Source of the DNA: Dendrobates tinctorius
Taxonomy: Eukaryota
Assembly: GCF_039654945.1 (NCBI RefSeq)
Contig: NW_027361674.1
Coordinates: 3,162,001-3,226,000, forward strand
Direction: 5' to 3'
Length of the DNA stretch: 64,000 nt
Of this stretch, positions 11,746 to 26,609 are shown piece by piece. The first letter of the stretch is position 1. Every line of letters begins with the position of its first letter. The notes below the pieces were generated by a model. The model did not search any database. It saw only the letters and a list, made by a program, of their open reading frames with translations, and had not been told where the DNA came from. Position numbers and translations under genes: made by a program.

Positions 11746-12533
11746 GGTACGGATTATATCTGTTTTTCAATGCTAAGTTCAGGTGGCAGGAGGGGAAAAA
11801 GTGGAGCTTGTCAGTGGATCAAATAATTATTCTCTGATAATGTCCCTTACAACTTGTCTTATATTTCTACATGTTCTTGATTTATAGATCCGAAAAGAGA
11901 GCACATATGAACCCAAAAGAGTACATAAAAATATAATCTTTATTGAGTAGCCAAAAAGACATACATAACATACAATATATTAAAAAGTGGGAAACCCAAA
12001 AAGACACCATTGCCCACATTTACAATAAAGAGGTTTGCACATATCTAAAAAGACCCCAACAATACCTCATAGAGACGCTGTGTAGCTGTGAGAGGGTGCC
12101 ACAAAGGCACAGTAATTACTATATCAATAGCCAGCAGTCCTATTCAAATAGTACAAATAGTGCAAAGATAGATTCTTTACCTCCTGTGGGTGATGGTGTG
12201 CACCAACGCATCCCTGAACATACTACTCGAAGAAAAGGGACTAATAAAACCCATCTGGCAGCTATTTTTTAACAATACAGCCTGCAATTCTCTTACCTCT
12301 AGAAGAGCTAGCTAGTTAATTGAGCTAGCTGCATGGCCTGGGACACGCCGACTCCCATTGATGCACTCAGAAGAATTCGGCGCTCAGTGTTTACTCCGCA
12401 GCCCTCAACTCACGGAGGACGTAGTCACCACCAAAGACCTCCGCCTGGAATGTAGAAAGCGTGCCTGACTAGGTTTGTGGAAAGGGAAGATGTGACTGTG
12501 AGGTACAATGTCACCACTAAGTAGTTGTCATAA

Positions 12534-13066
12534 GGCCTGTTTCACACTTCCGTTTTTTCCCTTCAGTCAAAATCTGCCACTTTTAAAAAAAAAAAAAAAA
12601 AACATCCGCCAAAAAAGGGGCGGATCCGTTTTTTTCCCCCCATAGACTTACAATATTGGCGGATCTTGACTGACGGTCGTCCGTCCCACCCGTTTTTTTA
12701 CGGATCCGACAAGATTTTAGCGGCTCCTGGGCGGATGAGACGGACCCTGCAACGTTTTTTTTCTTTTGACAGTCTGCTATTTTGAGCCGGTGAAGCTTTT
12801 TAACCCATAGAATGCCATCCCGGGAGCCGCTAAAATCTCTCACCCGCTTCGACTCCCACCGATGACGACCGACATCGCACGAGATCGCAGCCGTGACGAC
12901 CGCCCGGCCGCGATCACTTTAATTCCCACCGCATTACTTCTTCCACGGCTCCGCTCTGCTACGTGGTCCGATGTCATCCGTACATCGCTAAACGGAGACG
13001 GATCAGTTTGTTTCAACCTTTGGCGGATTTCAGCTGACCGCCGCCGACGGAGGTATGAAACAGGCC
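12534..13066. mobile_element. Harbinger-like MITE
   Basis: TAA|GGCCTGTTTCA ... TGAAACAGGCC|TAA; related to the copy at 50003-50486. Confidence 0.75.
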
Positions 13067-14399
13067 TAAGAATATTGAAACATATATAAGGGCAAGTGGC
13101 CAGACATATTTTGAAGAGCCCAATTCATCAAGTGTTTTGTCTTCTTAACGCCCGAAATTTTAAATATTCTCCTAACTTCTGTACTTGACATTAGAAAGTA
13201 AATCTTGAACTTAAAATAACACACTATACTTCTGAGTCAAAGAATGTTAAAATACTGTACCTCTCAATGCCAAAGAACAGTAATTCAAGTCATACAACAC
13301 CATCAAAGCGATCATACCCTTTTACTATTGCATGAATCAGGACCTAATCTTAAACCTTTAATAAATGTTTCCAATTTGTTCCCAACTATTTTATATCCCT
13401 CTCCTTAAGGTGGGCTTACATTACCCAATTAGCATTAAACGACCACCGATCAGCAACACCTATTCTCGTTAGCCTTCTGAAACAAGTAGATTGCACAGAA
13501 TGGTCACCAATAGATTCTACTTGAAAGTATGTTTTTTGTTTTTACAGGTTGAGGCGCTGCGAGATCAATGATTTTTAAGCTGGCCAAAAGATGATTTCAC
13601 CCTTTGAACAAACAAGTTCATCAGGTGATCGGCAGCCTTTTGACACTGCGCAATTATTGGGAATGAGCATTACTAGTTATTATCGTTTGAGATCGTGCAG
13701 TGTAAATGCACTTTTATTCTGCAACTGTCTGAAAGATCTTATCGGATGATGGAATAATTATCTTCACAAAACAGCCACAGAGATGACCAAGAGAAGAGGA
13801 TGAAGATCGCAAGGCAGTTTCCAATCTGAAGCAGGCACCAAAGAAGTGGCGGTACTTAACAAATGTTTTACGCACTCAAGATTCGCAACAGTTCCTTAAC
13901 TCCGGTGTCTGCAGATAATCATGGTTGTCACTCAGTTGCCTCAGTAACCTAAGAAGGATCATGACTCCTAGCTCCCTGTGTTGGGCAAAGGACTGGATTT
14001 ACCATAGCCTTCAATAAACAAAGTGCTAGCTTATGTTACCAACAAAACACAGAGAAATGATATCATTAAAACCAGTAGAAAGCCTTGCTCATTTTCTTTA
14101 AAACACCCTCCCATCAGCTCTCGGTCTTCAACATGAGTTGTCAACCACTACGATCTAACGCGCCTACAGACTTGGCCCCTAGAGAGCGAGAACCGGACAC
14201 ATATATCACCCTATAATAGCTAGTTTCTTCCACTTTTAAGCGAAAAATCAGAAGTTACGGAGGTAACTAAAAGTACAAGAACGCAAAATCCTCATTTTCC
14301 AAGATTTTTCATTCTGTCTCCCGAATAAGAAAACCATTCTCCACTTTATGCACATATTCTTCCTACTCTACCCAGCTCGCCTAAGTGATCATTTATAGA

Positions 14400-14830
14400 T
14401 CCATGAACTTCGATGACTGATCACAAGCCCGAGAATATTGTGGCATGCTTTACGCTATAGACTAATCCAGCTTTTTCATGAAAACGTGGAACATGTTCTG
14501 TATAGAACCCATCTGTTCTGGCATAACTAATATTACATGCCCACTGAAAGATCTCTTTCTCTATCCCAATCAAAATAGGAGAATGGGCTCTTCGGATATG
14601 TGTGTGCTCATTATTGAGACCTTAATCTCCCTGAGGAATTTCCTTGTTTGGTTCTTTGGGCCACACAGATCTGATTTTCTTCTTGAAAACCCCTTTGTTA
14701 ATTTTTGTTCTTCTTTCACTTCTCTGATTTGCTAAATCTCAGAGAAATCATGGTATGACTTGGTTCCTGTTATTTGCTATTCTAACCAGGCTTCTTGTTA
14801 TTGTAAGCCTGTCATCTTTACGAGATACTC
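14400..14830 (-). mobile_element. Possible highly decayed Penelope-like GIY-YIG endonuclease remnant
   Basis: Minus-strand fragments such as NQTRKFLRE, IGIEK and RWVLY..VPRFHEK resemble the C-terminus of the Penelope endonuclease; heavily disrupted. Confidence 0.3.
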
Positions 14831-15087
14831 CTTTTTATGCTGGATTCACACATGCGAGAAACATGCGCATCTCAATGCCCGACACTGCTGCTGGCACTCG
14901 GGAGCGGAGCGTGCGGCTGCATAGAAATACATGGAGCCGCACGCTCCGCTCCCGAGTGACGGCGGCACTTTAACCATATAATACAAAATCTCAGATACAA
15001 AAACCATAATATACATACACAGACCCTAGGCTGTCAATTGGGACTAAAAGAGGGCTCTAACCCTGTGGAGCTCCCAACTACACAAGA

Positions 15088-15775
15088 ACAAAAACACATG
15101 GAGCGTATGAACCACCAAGAAATATATATTAAAAAAGTAAATTTTTAATGATAAGTATACAAAAAGTACACAACAATAATGTATCATAACAGATTAATAA
15201 ATCACAGAGTTATTCAAATCGGGTACAAGGTGCACTAGATAAGTGGTGTCACCCCGAAGGCATGAGCACAGATAGACGGGCCTTCTCATTAGATTATATA
15301 ATATACATATGTTCATAACAAAAGCCAAATTACCAATGGCAGACTCTTATCACATATTAGGGACACATAGTGTAGTATAAGTACTTTCAAGTCAGTGACC
15401 AGCAGCGTGTCTCCCTTGGTGAATGGAGTCACGTCATTATTGGTTCTCACCTGGCTGCGAGCATGACACGTGTCCCAACACACGTTTCGCGTTGGCTTCC
15501 TCAGTGGGCACGATGGTATGAATAGTCCCCACATGCCCATCTTATATACCCCACTTCTCAGTATCAGGTCTTTGCGATTTGTCTGGGAAACGGCACATGT
15601 ATCCGAGCGTCCGGAATTACATCATCCCCGGCGCCATCATGGCCCCGATTTGAATAACTGATTTATTGATCTGTTATGATACATTATTGTTATGTGTATT
15701 TTGTATACTTATCATTAAAAAATTTACTTTTTTAATATACATTTCTTGGTGGTTCATAGCTCCATGTGTTTTTTT
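15088..15775 (-). mobile_element. Penelope-like fold-back remnant with a hammerhead-like motif
   Basis: About 115-bp inverted arms (15088-15203 and 15659-15775) flank minus-strand GTGCCCA-CTGAGGA-AGCCAACGC-GAAAC-GTGTGTT-GGGACAC at 15470-15511. Confidence 0.5.
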
Positions 15776-16433
15776 TCTTATTTACCCCTGTAGGAAACAA
15801 AAAGCTGTAGACAGGCCACCGCAAAAAATAAAAAAAAATATGGTGGCCCCAGCAGCACCAATCCTGTCATTCTGACTGTGTAGGGGAGCTGCCAGCCTTA
15901 TGGAGACTGTCGGGCTCCATTAGAGGTCATCTTAAGTCAGATCCATTTCGTCATTGAGTTTTGTTATTTTTTTTTTTGTAATGAACCTGCAGTCACCAGT
16001 GTGAACTCAGCATTACAAGTTTAATAGATGTGTTACAGAAGCTCGACATGTAGGATTAAAGTGGTTTCCCCATTTTATATGGTGATATGCCATCAGGTTG
16101 TAATCGGAGGCTGTCCAGCCTCTGAGACCCCCACCAATCCTGAGAAGGAAGGGGCTGCAGCTTTGATGTAGAGTTTCTTCCCCTTCTAACTTTTCTGTGC
16201 TTTCCTCGTTGTATAGAACGTTGAAATTGCTCCTGCCTTTTGCTGAAATCCTTTTTTTTTCTTCATGCTGATTGTTATAACACAGTTTCTCCAGCAGGCG
16301 GCACTATTGCTATACAGTAATTCATCTACTCGACCTGGTGGAAAAGTATATATGGTACTACTAATGGTAAAAAAAAAAAGACTGCTGGGATGAACAGCCA
16401 TAATATATTTTTTCCATTTTTTTTATCTTTTAG

Positions 16434-16631
16434 GCTATCAGTTTTTGCCCACCCGTGGACTCCAAGTATGATTGGATTGGTCCTCCCGATAGATATTCCA
16501 ATCTTCGACCTATAAAATACTTTGTTCCGGCAGACGAGTCTCCTTTGGAAAGAAAACTTCGGGATCTACGTCAGGAAACAGAAAATTGGAATCAAAGGTT
16601 TTGGGCAAATCAAAATCTGACTTTCCTTAAG
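16434..16631 (+). CDS. COA8: COA8/APOPT1 exon 2
   Basis: ttttag|GCT...AAG|gt. [26 protein letters not shown]...[15 protein letters not shown] matches the COA8 signature DWIGPPDxxSNLRP. Confidence 0.95.
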
Positions 16632-17212
16632 GTGTAACTTTTCTTTGTGACATAGTCATGTTAAGGGGCTAGCATAGTTTGCGATTTCAGACAGAAGATG
16701 CTACTGCTTTGTATTTGTTGCTTGTTGTATGCCCTTTATCGTATGCCCATTATCCATATAATTAGGGCAGAGTAGCCTATATCACATACAGTGTCTACCC
16801 TGCAGCTGCACATTCAACCTCAAAATACCTACATACCCAGAGATAGCAATTAAAGGTTTATTTTCAGGTTGTTTTCAGGGATGCATCGATCCTCTGCCCC
16901 TGCCTGCTGTATGGTGAGGTGTTCCCGAATCAATGCTCTATCTTGCTGCAAGCAGAGGCATCTTTGCCTCCGCAGGATCAGAGAAGCACAGTGGCACTGA
17001 AGCTGGACTGATCTAGTAGTCTGTCCAGTTTCAGAGCAATCCTTGCAAGCACTACATCACTTACAGCTACAATGTTTTATCTAAGAAATGGGTTCCTTGT
17101 ATTATTTAATTTATGAATTTACCTGCATGATACTTTGGGCATGTAACTTGTGTTGTGGCCAGAGTCGCTGTGTGGACCCAACTTAGACACTTGCCAGTCT
17201 GGACAGAACCTA

Positions 17213-18329
17213 CAGTCACGGCTGAAAGTGTTGGCACCCTTTAAATTGTTTCAGAAAATCCACCATCCGGACTATACTGCGTTGCAATTTTTAATTAATT
17301 TTTCTCTGCCATCCACATCCAGGGAGATTAGCTACACTGCCACGGGTTGTACACTTCTTGACTATGTTGCGCACTGTGAACACAAAAGAACATCAAGATC
17401 TCTGGAGATGGACTTGTTACCTTGAGATTGTTGATATTTTAAAACAATTTTGCTTCTCAAGTCCTCAGACAGTTCACTTCTCTTTCTGTTCTCCATGCTT
17501 AGTGTGACACACACAGACACACAATGCAAAGATTGAGTCAACTTCTCTTTTCTCTCTGGTTTCAGGTGTGATTTTCATATTGCTCACACCTGTTACTTGA
17601 CACAGGTGAGTGTGAATGAGCATCACATGCTTAAAAGAAAGTTGTTTACTCACAATTTTGGAAAGGTGCCAACAATTTTGTCCTGACCATTTTTGGTGTT
17701 TTGTGTGAAATTATGTCCAATTTGCCTTTATTTTGTGTTTTTTTTTTTTTTTTTTTGTGTTGTTCCAATATTCACAAAGGAAATAAACGTGTTGTGATAA
17801 AACACTCCGGGGATCGCCTTTGCTGGGGTCAAAGGTCACGTGCGTTCAGCATGAAACTCAGGCGTACAGCCGGGGTCCGGGTATAACTGACACTGGGTCA
17901 GGTTTATTAAAGGTGAAAGCAATGCATAAAGGAAATAAAACATAAAACAAATCCTTGCCTGTCCGGCACTAACTAAACAAGGTATAACCTAACTACCAAC
18001 TGACGGGCTTCTCACGTCCAGCCAAACCACAGTTACAGTGGGCACTGCTTTCACTCACGTGTGTCTCTCACACAGACAGGCTCTGTGTTTCCAGGCTGAG
18101 ACCCTCACACAACCACCTGGCATCCATTATTCATTAGTAACCAGGTGAGATACTGACCAGACTAGGCCACATAGGAAAGGTATCTGGGTGAGATATACCT
18201 GCCCTCATCCACTATTCCCACATGATTCTCACAGTGTGTATAATAACGTGTATTTGCAATAATTTTCTGCAAGAAATACTTCATTTTCTGGAACAATTTC
18301 AAGGGTGGCAACACTTTTGGCCATGACTG
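17213..18329 (-). mobile_element. Internally deleted Tc1 element
   Basis: TA|CAGTCACGGCTGAAAGTGTTGGCACCCTT ... AAGGGTGGCAACACTTTTGGCCATGACTG|TA. Same family as the fragment at 33150-33890. Confidence 0.8.
17793..18233. mobile_element. Solo LTR nested in the Tc1
   Basis: TGTGA...TCACA termini with a 4-bp TSD GTGT (17789-17792 and 18234-18237). Confidence 0.75.
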
Positions 18330-18421
18330 TATAATTCAGCTCTTGCTAGTAGAGTAATGGCTAGACTATTCTGCAGGCTGTAACCCCATCGTCATTACTG
18401 AATGTATTTCTTTCTTTTTAG

Positions 18422-18485
18422 GAAAAAGAAGAATTTATCATCTCAAACCTTCACGCCTTGGGTTTGGGGCAGAGAGATGAGGAAG
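18422..18485 (+). CDS. COA8: COA8/APOPT1 exon 3
   Basis: tttttag|GAAAAAGAAGAA...GAAG|gtgag; EKEEFIISNLHALGLGQRDEE; 64 nt, phase 0 to 1. Confidence 0.93.
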
Positions 18486-19090
18486 GTGAGACTTCCTGCG
18501 AGATGCTTCGGACTGTACGTTTTCCAGTTTTTAGGTCACTGTGCCTTTAGTTGTGTCATTCTGGTTGGGGATAAGTCTGGGGGTCTTGTGACTGTGACTT
18601 GTGGTCTCTCATTTGTGTATTATAATTGGGACTCATTTCTGTGTCACGAAAACTTTACCGTTATATTTTCCCTAATCGCAAAACGGACTATAATCCCGCC
18701 AGTAAATTATGTATGTCCCATGTCTGGTTCGGTACCCCCCCGGCTTTTACAGATCACAGGGGTCATCAGGCAGTTTGGTCCCCAGCGATTAGACATCTGT
18801 CCTGGTATGCAACTCTTTTATATATACAGAAGGCAATGTCACTGCTATATTTACATGGCATTTCTCCAACTGTTGCAAAACAGCCCCTTTTTGCATGCTG
18901 GGAGTTGTAGTTTTGTACCAGGTGTGGATGCACAGATTGGAAATTGCTGATTCAAGGCAACAGGAATGTGTTTATCTCCATCTTGGGCATGAAGTCTGAT
19001 GACTCTCCGCACATCGCTGTCTCAATGGTAATGATTAAAATACTCAGCCAATGTACCATCCGTGCCAAACATCTTCTCTGCCCTTCACAG

Positions 19091-19181
19091 GACGGAAAAG
19101 GACACTGGATGCAGAAGTGATGGCTTATTTTTATAAGGATTTCCTCAGCAAGAACTTTACCAAACATTCACAATATAACAG
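19091..19181 (+). CDS. COA8: COA8/APOPT1 exon 4
   Basis: cacag|GA...AACAG|gtac; (G)[29 protein letters not shown](R); 91 nt, phase 1 to 2. Confidence 0.93.
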
Positions 19182-19499
19182 GTACTTGTATCCTCCGAAC
19201 TGGAGGACTGCGGTGCTCAGTGTATAGTATATTATGGGATGTTTGCTAATGGTTGGGAGGATGGTATACAAAACTTTTTTTGTAAAAGTAATTGTGCGGT
19301 TTTTATTTTTCAGTAAATTTTTCCCATTTCTTTTGTATGTTCACCAGTCTTCCCTGACTCAGAAACAATCTACCCCCCCCATCTCCGCTACACCTCCCCA
19401 ACCTATTACACTATTCAATCCCCAGCTCTCCATATGTCAGGTTACTACATTCCTCCTCAGTGCTTTCCTCTGTTCTTCCTTGTACCAGAGAACAAATTT

Positions 19500-20345
19500 T
19501 GTGTGCCGGACTACCTCAGCTCTATCTCTTCTGTGTGCCGGACCAGCCCCGCCCTAGCTCTGCTGTGTCCTCGACTACCTCCTCCTCCCTAGCTCAGGTG
19601 TGTGCTGGACCCCACCCTCCTCCCTCATTAGCTCTGCTGTGTGTTGGACCACCCCCGTCCTAGCTCTGGTGTGTGCGGGACCCCCTCCTCCATACGTCTG
19701 CTGTGTGCCGAACCCCCGCCCTAGCTCTACTGTGTCCCAGACTACCACAACCCTAGCTCTGGTGTGTCCCAAACGCCCCCTCCCTAGCTCTTCTGTGTGC
19801 CGTACCACCCTTCCCCTAGCTTTGCTGTGTCCCGGACTACCTCTTTCCTTGCTCTGGTGTGTGCCGGATCCGCCCCCTCCTCCCTAGCTCTGATGTATGC
19901 TGGACCACCCCTACCTTACCTTTGCTGTGTCCTGGACTACCTCTTCCCTAGCTCTGGTGTTTCGGACCCCCTCCCCTAGCTCTGATGTGTGCCGGAATAC
20001 CCCCCGCCCTAGCTCTGTCATGTCCTGGATGGCTCCCGTCCTTTCCTACTATGTTTCGCATCACTCCTGACTAGTATTACTGTGTGCCGGACCGGACTAC
20101 CTCAACACTAGCTCTGTTGTGTTCTGGACTACTACAGCCTTCCTACTACTGTATGTTATACCACTCCCTCCTTTGTACTTTTTTGTGCCAGACCACCCCC
20201 ACCCTCGCATTGCCGAGTGCCATATCACACTCGAGCTGCTGCGTGCCGGATCACGCCTGTCCTCACGCTGCTGTGTGCCGGACCAGCCCCGCCTTCACGC
20301 TGCTTCGTGCCAGACCTCCCGCGCCCTCGCTCTGCTGTGTCTCAG
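19500..20345. repeat. Degenerate C/T-rich minisatellite, units of roughly 30-40 bp
   Basis: Recurrent CCTAGCTCTGSTGTGTGCCGGAC-like units in COA8 intron 4. Confidence 0.8.
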
Positions 20346-20917
20346 ACCACCCCTGTGTTGTTCTGTGTATCTGGATCGTACCGATCCTTCATTGCCCCCT
20401 TTACATGAGAACCAGCAGAATTCACCATATACCGCTTTTTTTCTGCTGATGTATATTTAGATTCCTATTGCAATGCAATTTATTTATAGGGAATTTATGA
20501 CAGACATTGCCGTCCTGCAGACTCCTGGCAATATTATACACTATTACATCATTTACACCACACATCAAACCTGCCACTCCCTCAAGGTCTGATATTTAGC
20601 AGTATTATAAGAAAATTTAATTAGTACACATAAATTTAATCATAATGTATGGTCATGTGTCCAACAGGAATATGAGATCTATAAACAGTATACATGACCC
20701 AACACAACAGGATTCCAAGACAATAAATATTAAACAAAATATATAAAGTGTACTAACTATAATTATTACAAATGAGCAAGTGGAAAATACTACAGTAAAA
20801 TTGGTCTATAGCGGTAGATACGCATAATGGTTGCAAATGGTGTGCAACAAAAAAGTGCTATATATAGTGCAGGAAAAGATAGAAAAGGGGAATATGTGTG
20901 TGTGTGTGTGTAGTATA

Positions 20918-22511
<1,594 letters not shown>

Positions 22512-22621
22512 TATATAAGATAGCTGATTAAGACGCACAAATAAGAAGATGTGTATCAGGGGAAAACCAGATATAACTAAGCACCAGGCAAAGCTGATGT
22601 ATAGGAAGGAGACATAATATA

Positions 22622-24257
22622 CAGTTAGGTCCATATATATTTGGACAGAGACAACATTTTTCTAATTTTGGTTCTAGACATTACCACAATGAATTTTAAA
22701 CAAAACAATTCAGATGCAGTTGAATTTCAGACTTTCAGCTTTCATTTGAGGGTATCCACATTAAAATTGGATGAAGGGTTTAGGAGTTTCAGCTCCTTAA
22801 CATGTGCCACCCTGTTTTTAAAGGGACCAAAAGTAATTGGACAGATTAAATAATTGTAAATAAAATGTTCATTTCTAGTACTTGGTTGAAATCCCTTTGT
22901 TGGCAATGACTGCCTGAAGTCTTGAATTCATGGACATCACCAGACGCTGTGTTTCCTCCTTATTGATGCTCTGCCAGGCCTTCACTGCGGTGGTTTTCAG
23001 TTGGTGTTTGTGGGCATTTCTGTCTGAAGTTTAGTCTTTAACAAGTGAAATCCATGCTCAATTGGGTTGAGATCAGGTGACTGACTTGGCCATTCAAGAA
23101 TATTCCACTTCTTTGCTTTAATAAACTCCTGGGTTGCTTTGGCTTTATGTTTTGGGTCATTGTCCATCTGTAGTATGAAACGACGACCAATCAGTTTGGC
23201 TGCATTTGGCAGGACCTGAGGACACAGTATGGCTCTGAATACCTCAGAATTCATTCGGCTGCTTCTGTCCTGTGTCACATCAATAACACTAGTGACCCAG
23301 TGCCACTGGCAGCCATGCATGCCGAAGCCATCACACTGCCTCTGCCGTGTTTTACAGATGATGTGGTATGCTTTGGATCATGAGCTGTACCATGCCTTCG
23401 CCATACTATTCTCTTTCCTTCATTCTGGTAGAGGTTGATCTTGGTTTCATCTGTCCAAAGAATGTTCTTCCAGAACTGTGCTGGCTTTTTTATCTATTTC
23501 TTTGCAAAGTCCAGTCTAGCCTTTTTATTCTTGATGCTTATGAGTGGCCTGCACCGTGCAGTGAACCCTCTGTATTTACTTTCATGCAGGCTTCTCTTTA
23601 TGGTAGATTTGGATATTGATACGCCTACCTCCTGGAGAGTGTTGTTCACTTGGTTGGCTGTTGTGAAGGGGTCTCTCTTCACCATGGAGATTATTCTGCG
23701 ATCATCCACCACTGTTGTCTTCCATGGGCGCCCAGGTCTTTTTGCATTGATGAGTTCACCAGTGCTTTCTTTCTCAGGATGTACCAAACTGTAGATTTTG
23801 CCACTCCTAATGTTGTAGCAATTCCTCGGATGGGTTTTTTCTGTTTTTGCAGCTTAAGGATGGCTTGTTTCACCTGCATGGAGAGCTCCTTTGACCGCAT
23901 GTTTCCTTCACAGCAAAACCTTCCAAATGCAAGCACCACACCTCCAATCAACTCCAGGCCTTTTATATGCTTAATTGAGAATGACATAACGAAGGGATTG
24001 CCCACACCTGTCCATGAAATAGCCTTGGAGTCAATTGTCCAATTACTTTTGGTCCCTTTAAAAACAAGGTGGCACATGTTAAGGAGCTGAAACTCCTAAA
24101 CCCTTCATCCAATTTTAATGTGGATACCCTCAAATGAAAGCTGAAAGCCTGAACTTCAACTGCATCTGAATTGTTTTGTTTAAAATTCATTGTGGTAATG
24201 TCTAGAACCAAAATTAGAAAAATGTTGTCTCTGTCCAAATATATATGGACCTAACTG
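22622..24257 (-). mobile_element. Full-length Tc1 with long TIRs and a frameshifted transposase
   Basis: TA|CAGTTAGGTCCATATATATTTGGACAG TIRs of about 225 bp, nearly identical. ORF pieces MRSKELSMQVKQAI, KRPGRP and QMDNDPKH...SPDLNPIE lie in different frames. Confidence 0.92.
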
Positions 24258-25158
24258 TACATATTAAGTCATGTGATAAGTGCGTGACACAGGTACATAT
24301 ATATGTATATAAAAAAAATATAGGCAACACTGAGATGTGTGCATAAAATAAGTGAAAGTGTAATCTCAAAAATCATGTGCAAAATACTTATCATACTGTA
24401 TATGTCAGTAGATAAAATGAGGGTAATTTGGAAGAAGCTGTTAGCCCAGAAGGAAGTCAGATGGAGAACTATTTTCTTCACCTTCTCTGCTTAAGTATTT
24501 GGGCATCACAAGTTAGATACCTGGTACGGCACAACTCTCTGATAGGGCCTTTGCGTTCCACTGTGGAATGTGCTTCATTTACTGGTTATTAATTTGCATC
24601 TGCGTTCCAACGTGGAACACGCTGCACTTCCGGCCCGACATCATATCCTACCCTGAGGACGTTCTCCTTTGGAGACATGCTCTCTGGCTAGTATATACGC
24701 TGGTGTCTCCACTCATAAATGGGTCAGTAGCACAGCTGACACTGATGTGAAATTCTGATTGATCCAGGTATATTTTAAATATCCTTCGTTTCCCTTGTGA
24801 AAGCCTCAGGTGAAACACGCGTCGATTCTAAGCAGTGTATGGTAAGGCTATAAAGTGCAATCATTGTTCTATATTTGGCTGCCTGCATCATGTTATGCTA
24901 TAGGGAGACTGTCCATTTATTTACAGGGTACCCACTGTCCTGTGACCACATGTATGTCTTTTTAATCTTACTGTGGCGTTTTCCCCTTGGTCATTTTTAA
25001 TAATTAGACTTACAGTAATAAGCTTTATATATATTTTCTTTTGGGTCATGTATTTTGTTTGTAGTTTCAAAATATTATAAGAAGTATACTGCAGGTCTGG
25101 TATTTATTATACTCAATTAAACCTTCTGGGGTTTTTTACCCATTTTTATTTTTTTCAG

Positions 25159-25246
25159 AGAATGGTACAAGAGGAATTTTACTATCACGTTCCTTATGGC
25201 ACAAGTCACATTACAGAGAGCGCTGAAGAAGATTCGATGGAAATAG
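25159..25246 (+). CDS. COA8: COA8/APOPT1 exon 5 (last coding exon)
   Basis: ttttcag|A GAA TGG...; (R)EWYKRNFTITFLMAQVTLQRALKKIRWK*. The five exons total 552 nt, i.e. 183 aa plus stop. Confidence 0.93.
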
Positions 25247-25321
25247 GAGAAATTGGATTAAAATGTTAATTAAATGCACCGTCAGCAGTTACTTGTTGTA
25301 GAGATGCACCTAAAATTCAAT

Positions 25322-25327
25322 AATAAA
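25322..25327 (+). terminator. Candidate COA8 polyadenylation signal
   Basis: AATAAA 75 nt after the stop codon, followed by a T-rich tract. Confidence 0.5.
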
Positions 25328-26609
25328 ATATTTTTTTTATTTTTAAAAATGCACAATCTTATTTTATTTTCTTACTGTTTTCTTGCAGATTGCTGCTGTT
25401 TGTTTAAAAAAAAAAAGAAAACTGCATTTCTCGTTCGCCTTATTGGGGGACACAGAGACCATGGGTGTATGCTGCTGCCACTAGGAGGCTGACACTATGC
25501 ACAAAAAAAGGTTAGCTCCTCCTCCGCAGTGTACACCCCACCGACCGGCAGGAAGTTCCTCAGTTTAGCTTAGTGTCAGTAGGAGGTGGACACGGGTCTT
25601 TGATTAGACCCATATCTACCTCGATGTGCGTCGTTTCTTTTCAGGTTTTTCCGGAGGGATACAGTGTGAATAGTCACATCTGTAGTCCCACAAAGAGACT
25701 ATGAGTACGGCGTGTACTGCCACCCCGTATCCTCATAAGTCTACAGCAGGACCAAGACCCCTAACATGGATGTGGCGTTCCAGATGGTCCTCGCTCCCCG
25801 TCTCCCACCCACTCGCCTACCAGCGGTCGGTTGAGGCGCAGGATACTCTCCTTGAAACAGTACGCTGGATGAAACGGATCAGGAGGGTAAGTATGAGACC
25901 TGAGTCCCATTCTCCCCTGCGGGTTCCACGCCAGGCCACTCCATGGATTCTTCGGCAGCGGTCGCTGTGACAGTGCTGCGACGCCTCCAGGCGGCCGCTG
26001 CAGCTATTTAGGCCCTGGCTGGTTATCGGACAGCTCTCCCCCCCCCCCTCTGCCGGGTCCTAGCTGTCCTCAGTAGCAGCCACCGCGGCGTTTCTGCGAC
26101 GCCTCCGCGCCGCCCTGTGCTGACAGGCGGCCGCCTCTTCTAATCCAGGCCCCGGCTTCATCTGGGGCCTTGTCCGGCGTCGCGGCCACGCCCCCCTTCT
26201 CCATTCTCGGGCGGGCTTCCCTCCCGCCCGCTCTAAGCCCGCCCACGGCCTTCTCCCCTCAGGTTGAGCGTCCCGGAGGCGGCGCCGTCCCTCCCACCCT
26301 ACCATCTTAGCGGGCGGCACCATTTTTATCATCGGCGCCTAGCCCCGCCTACCTCCCTCCTCTGCATCTGCAGGAAAGCGCGCGCTTCCTGCTTGGCTCC
26401 TCTCTGGCTGCCGCCATTTTCGCAGCCTGTCAGCCGGACGCTGTTCCCTCAGCCGTGCCCCTGCAAGCCGGACGAACCGTGCATCTCCATTTATTGGAAG
26501 CTGTGATAGGACACCGGACCGTGAGTAGCTCTGCATACTGCAGATTGACACCCTCCTCTGCCTCCTGTCCCCCAACCTTCCGGCAAGGCTTCAGTGACTG
26601 TCCGTCAGT

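Noticed and set aside
18402-18950. 182-aa ORF overlapping COA8 exon 3
   Set aside because: Different frame from the exon and runs into the intron; no recognisable protein.
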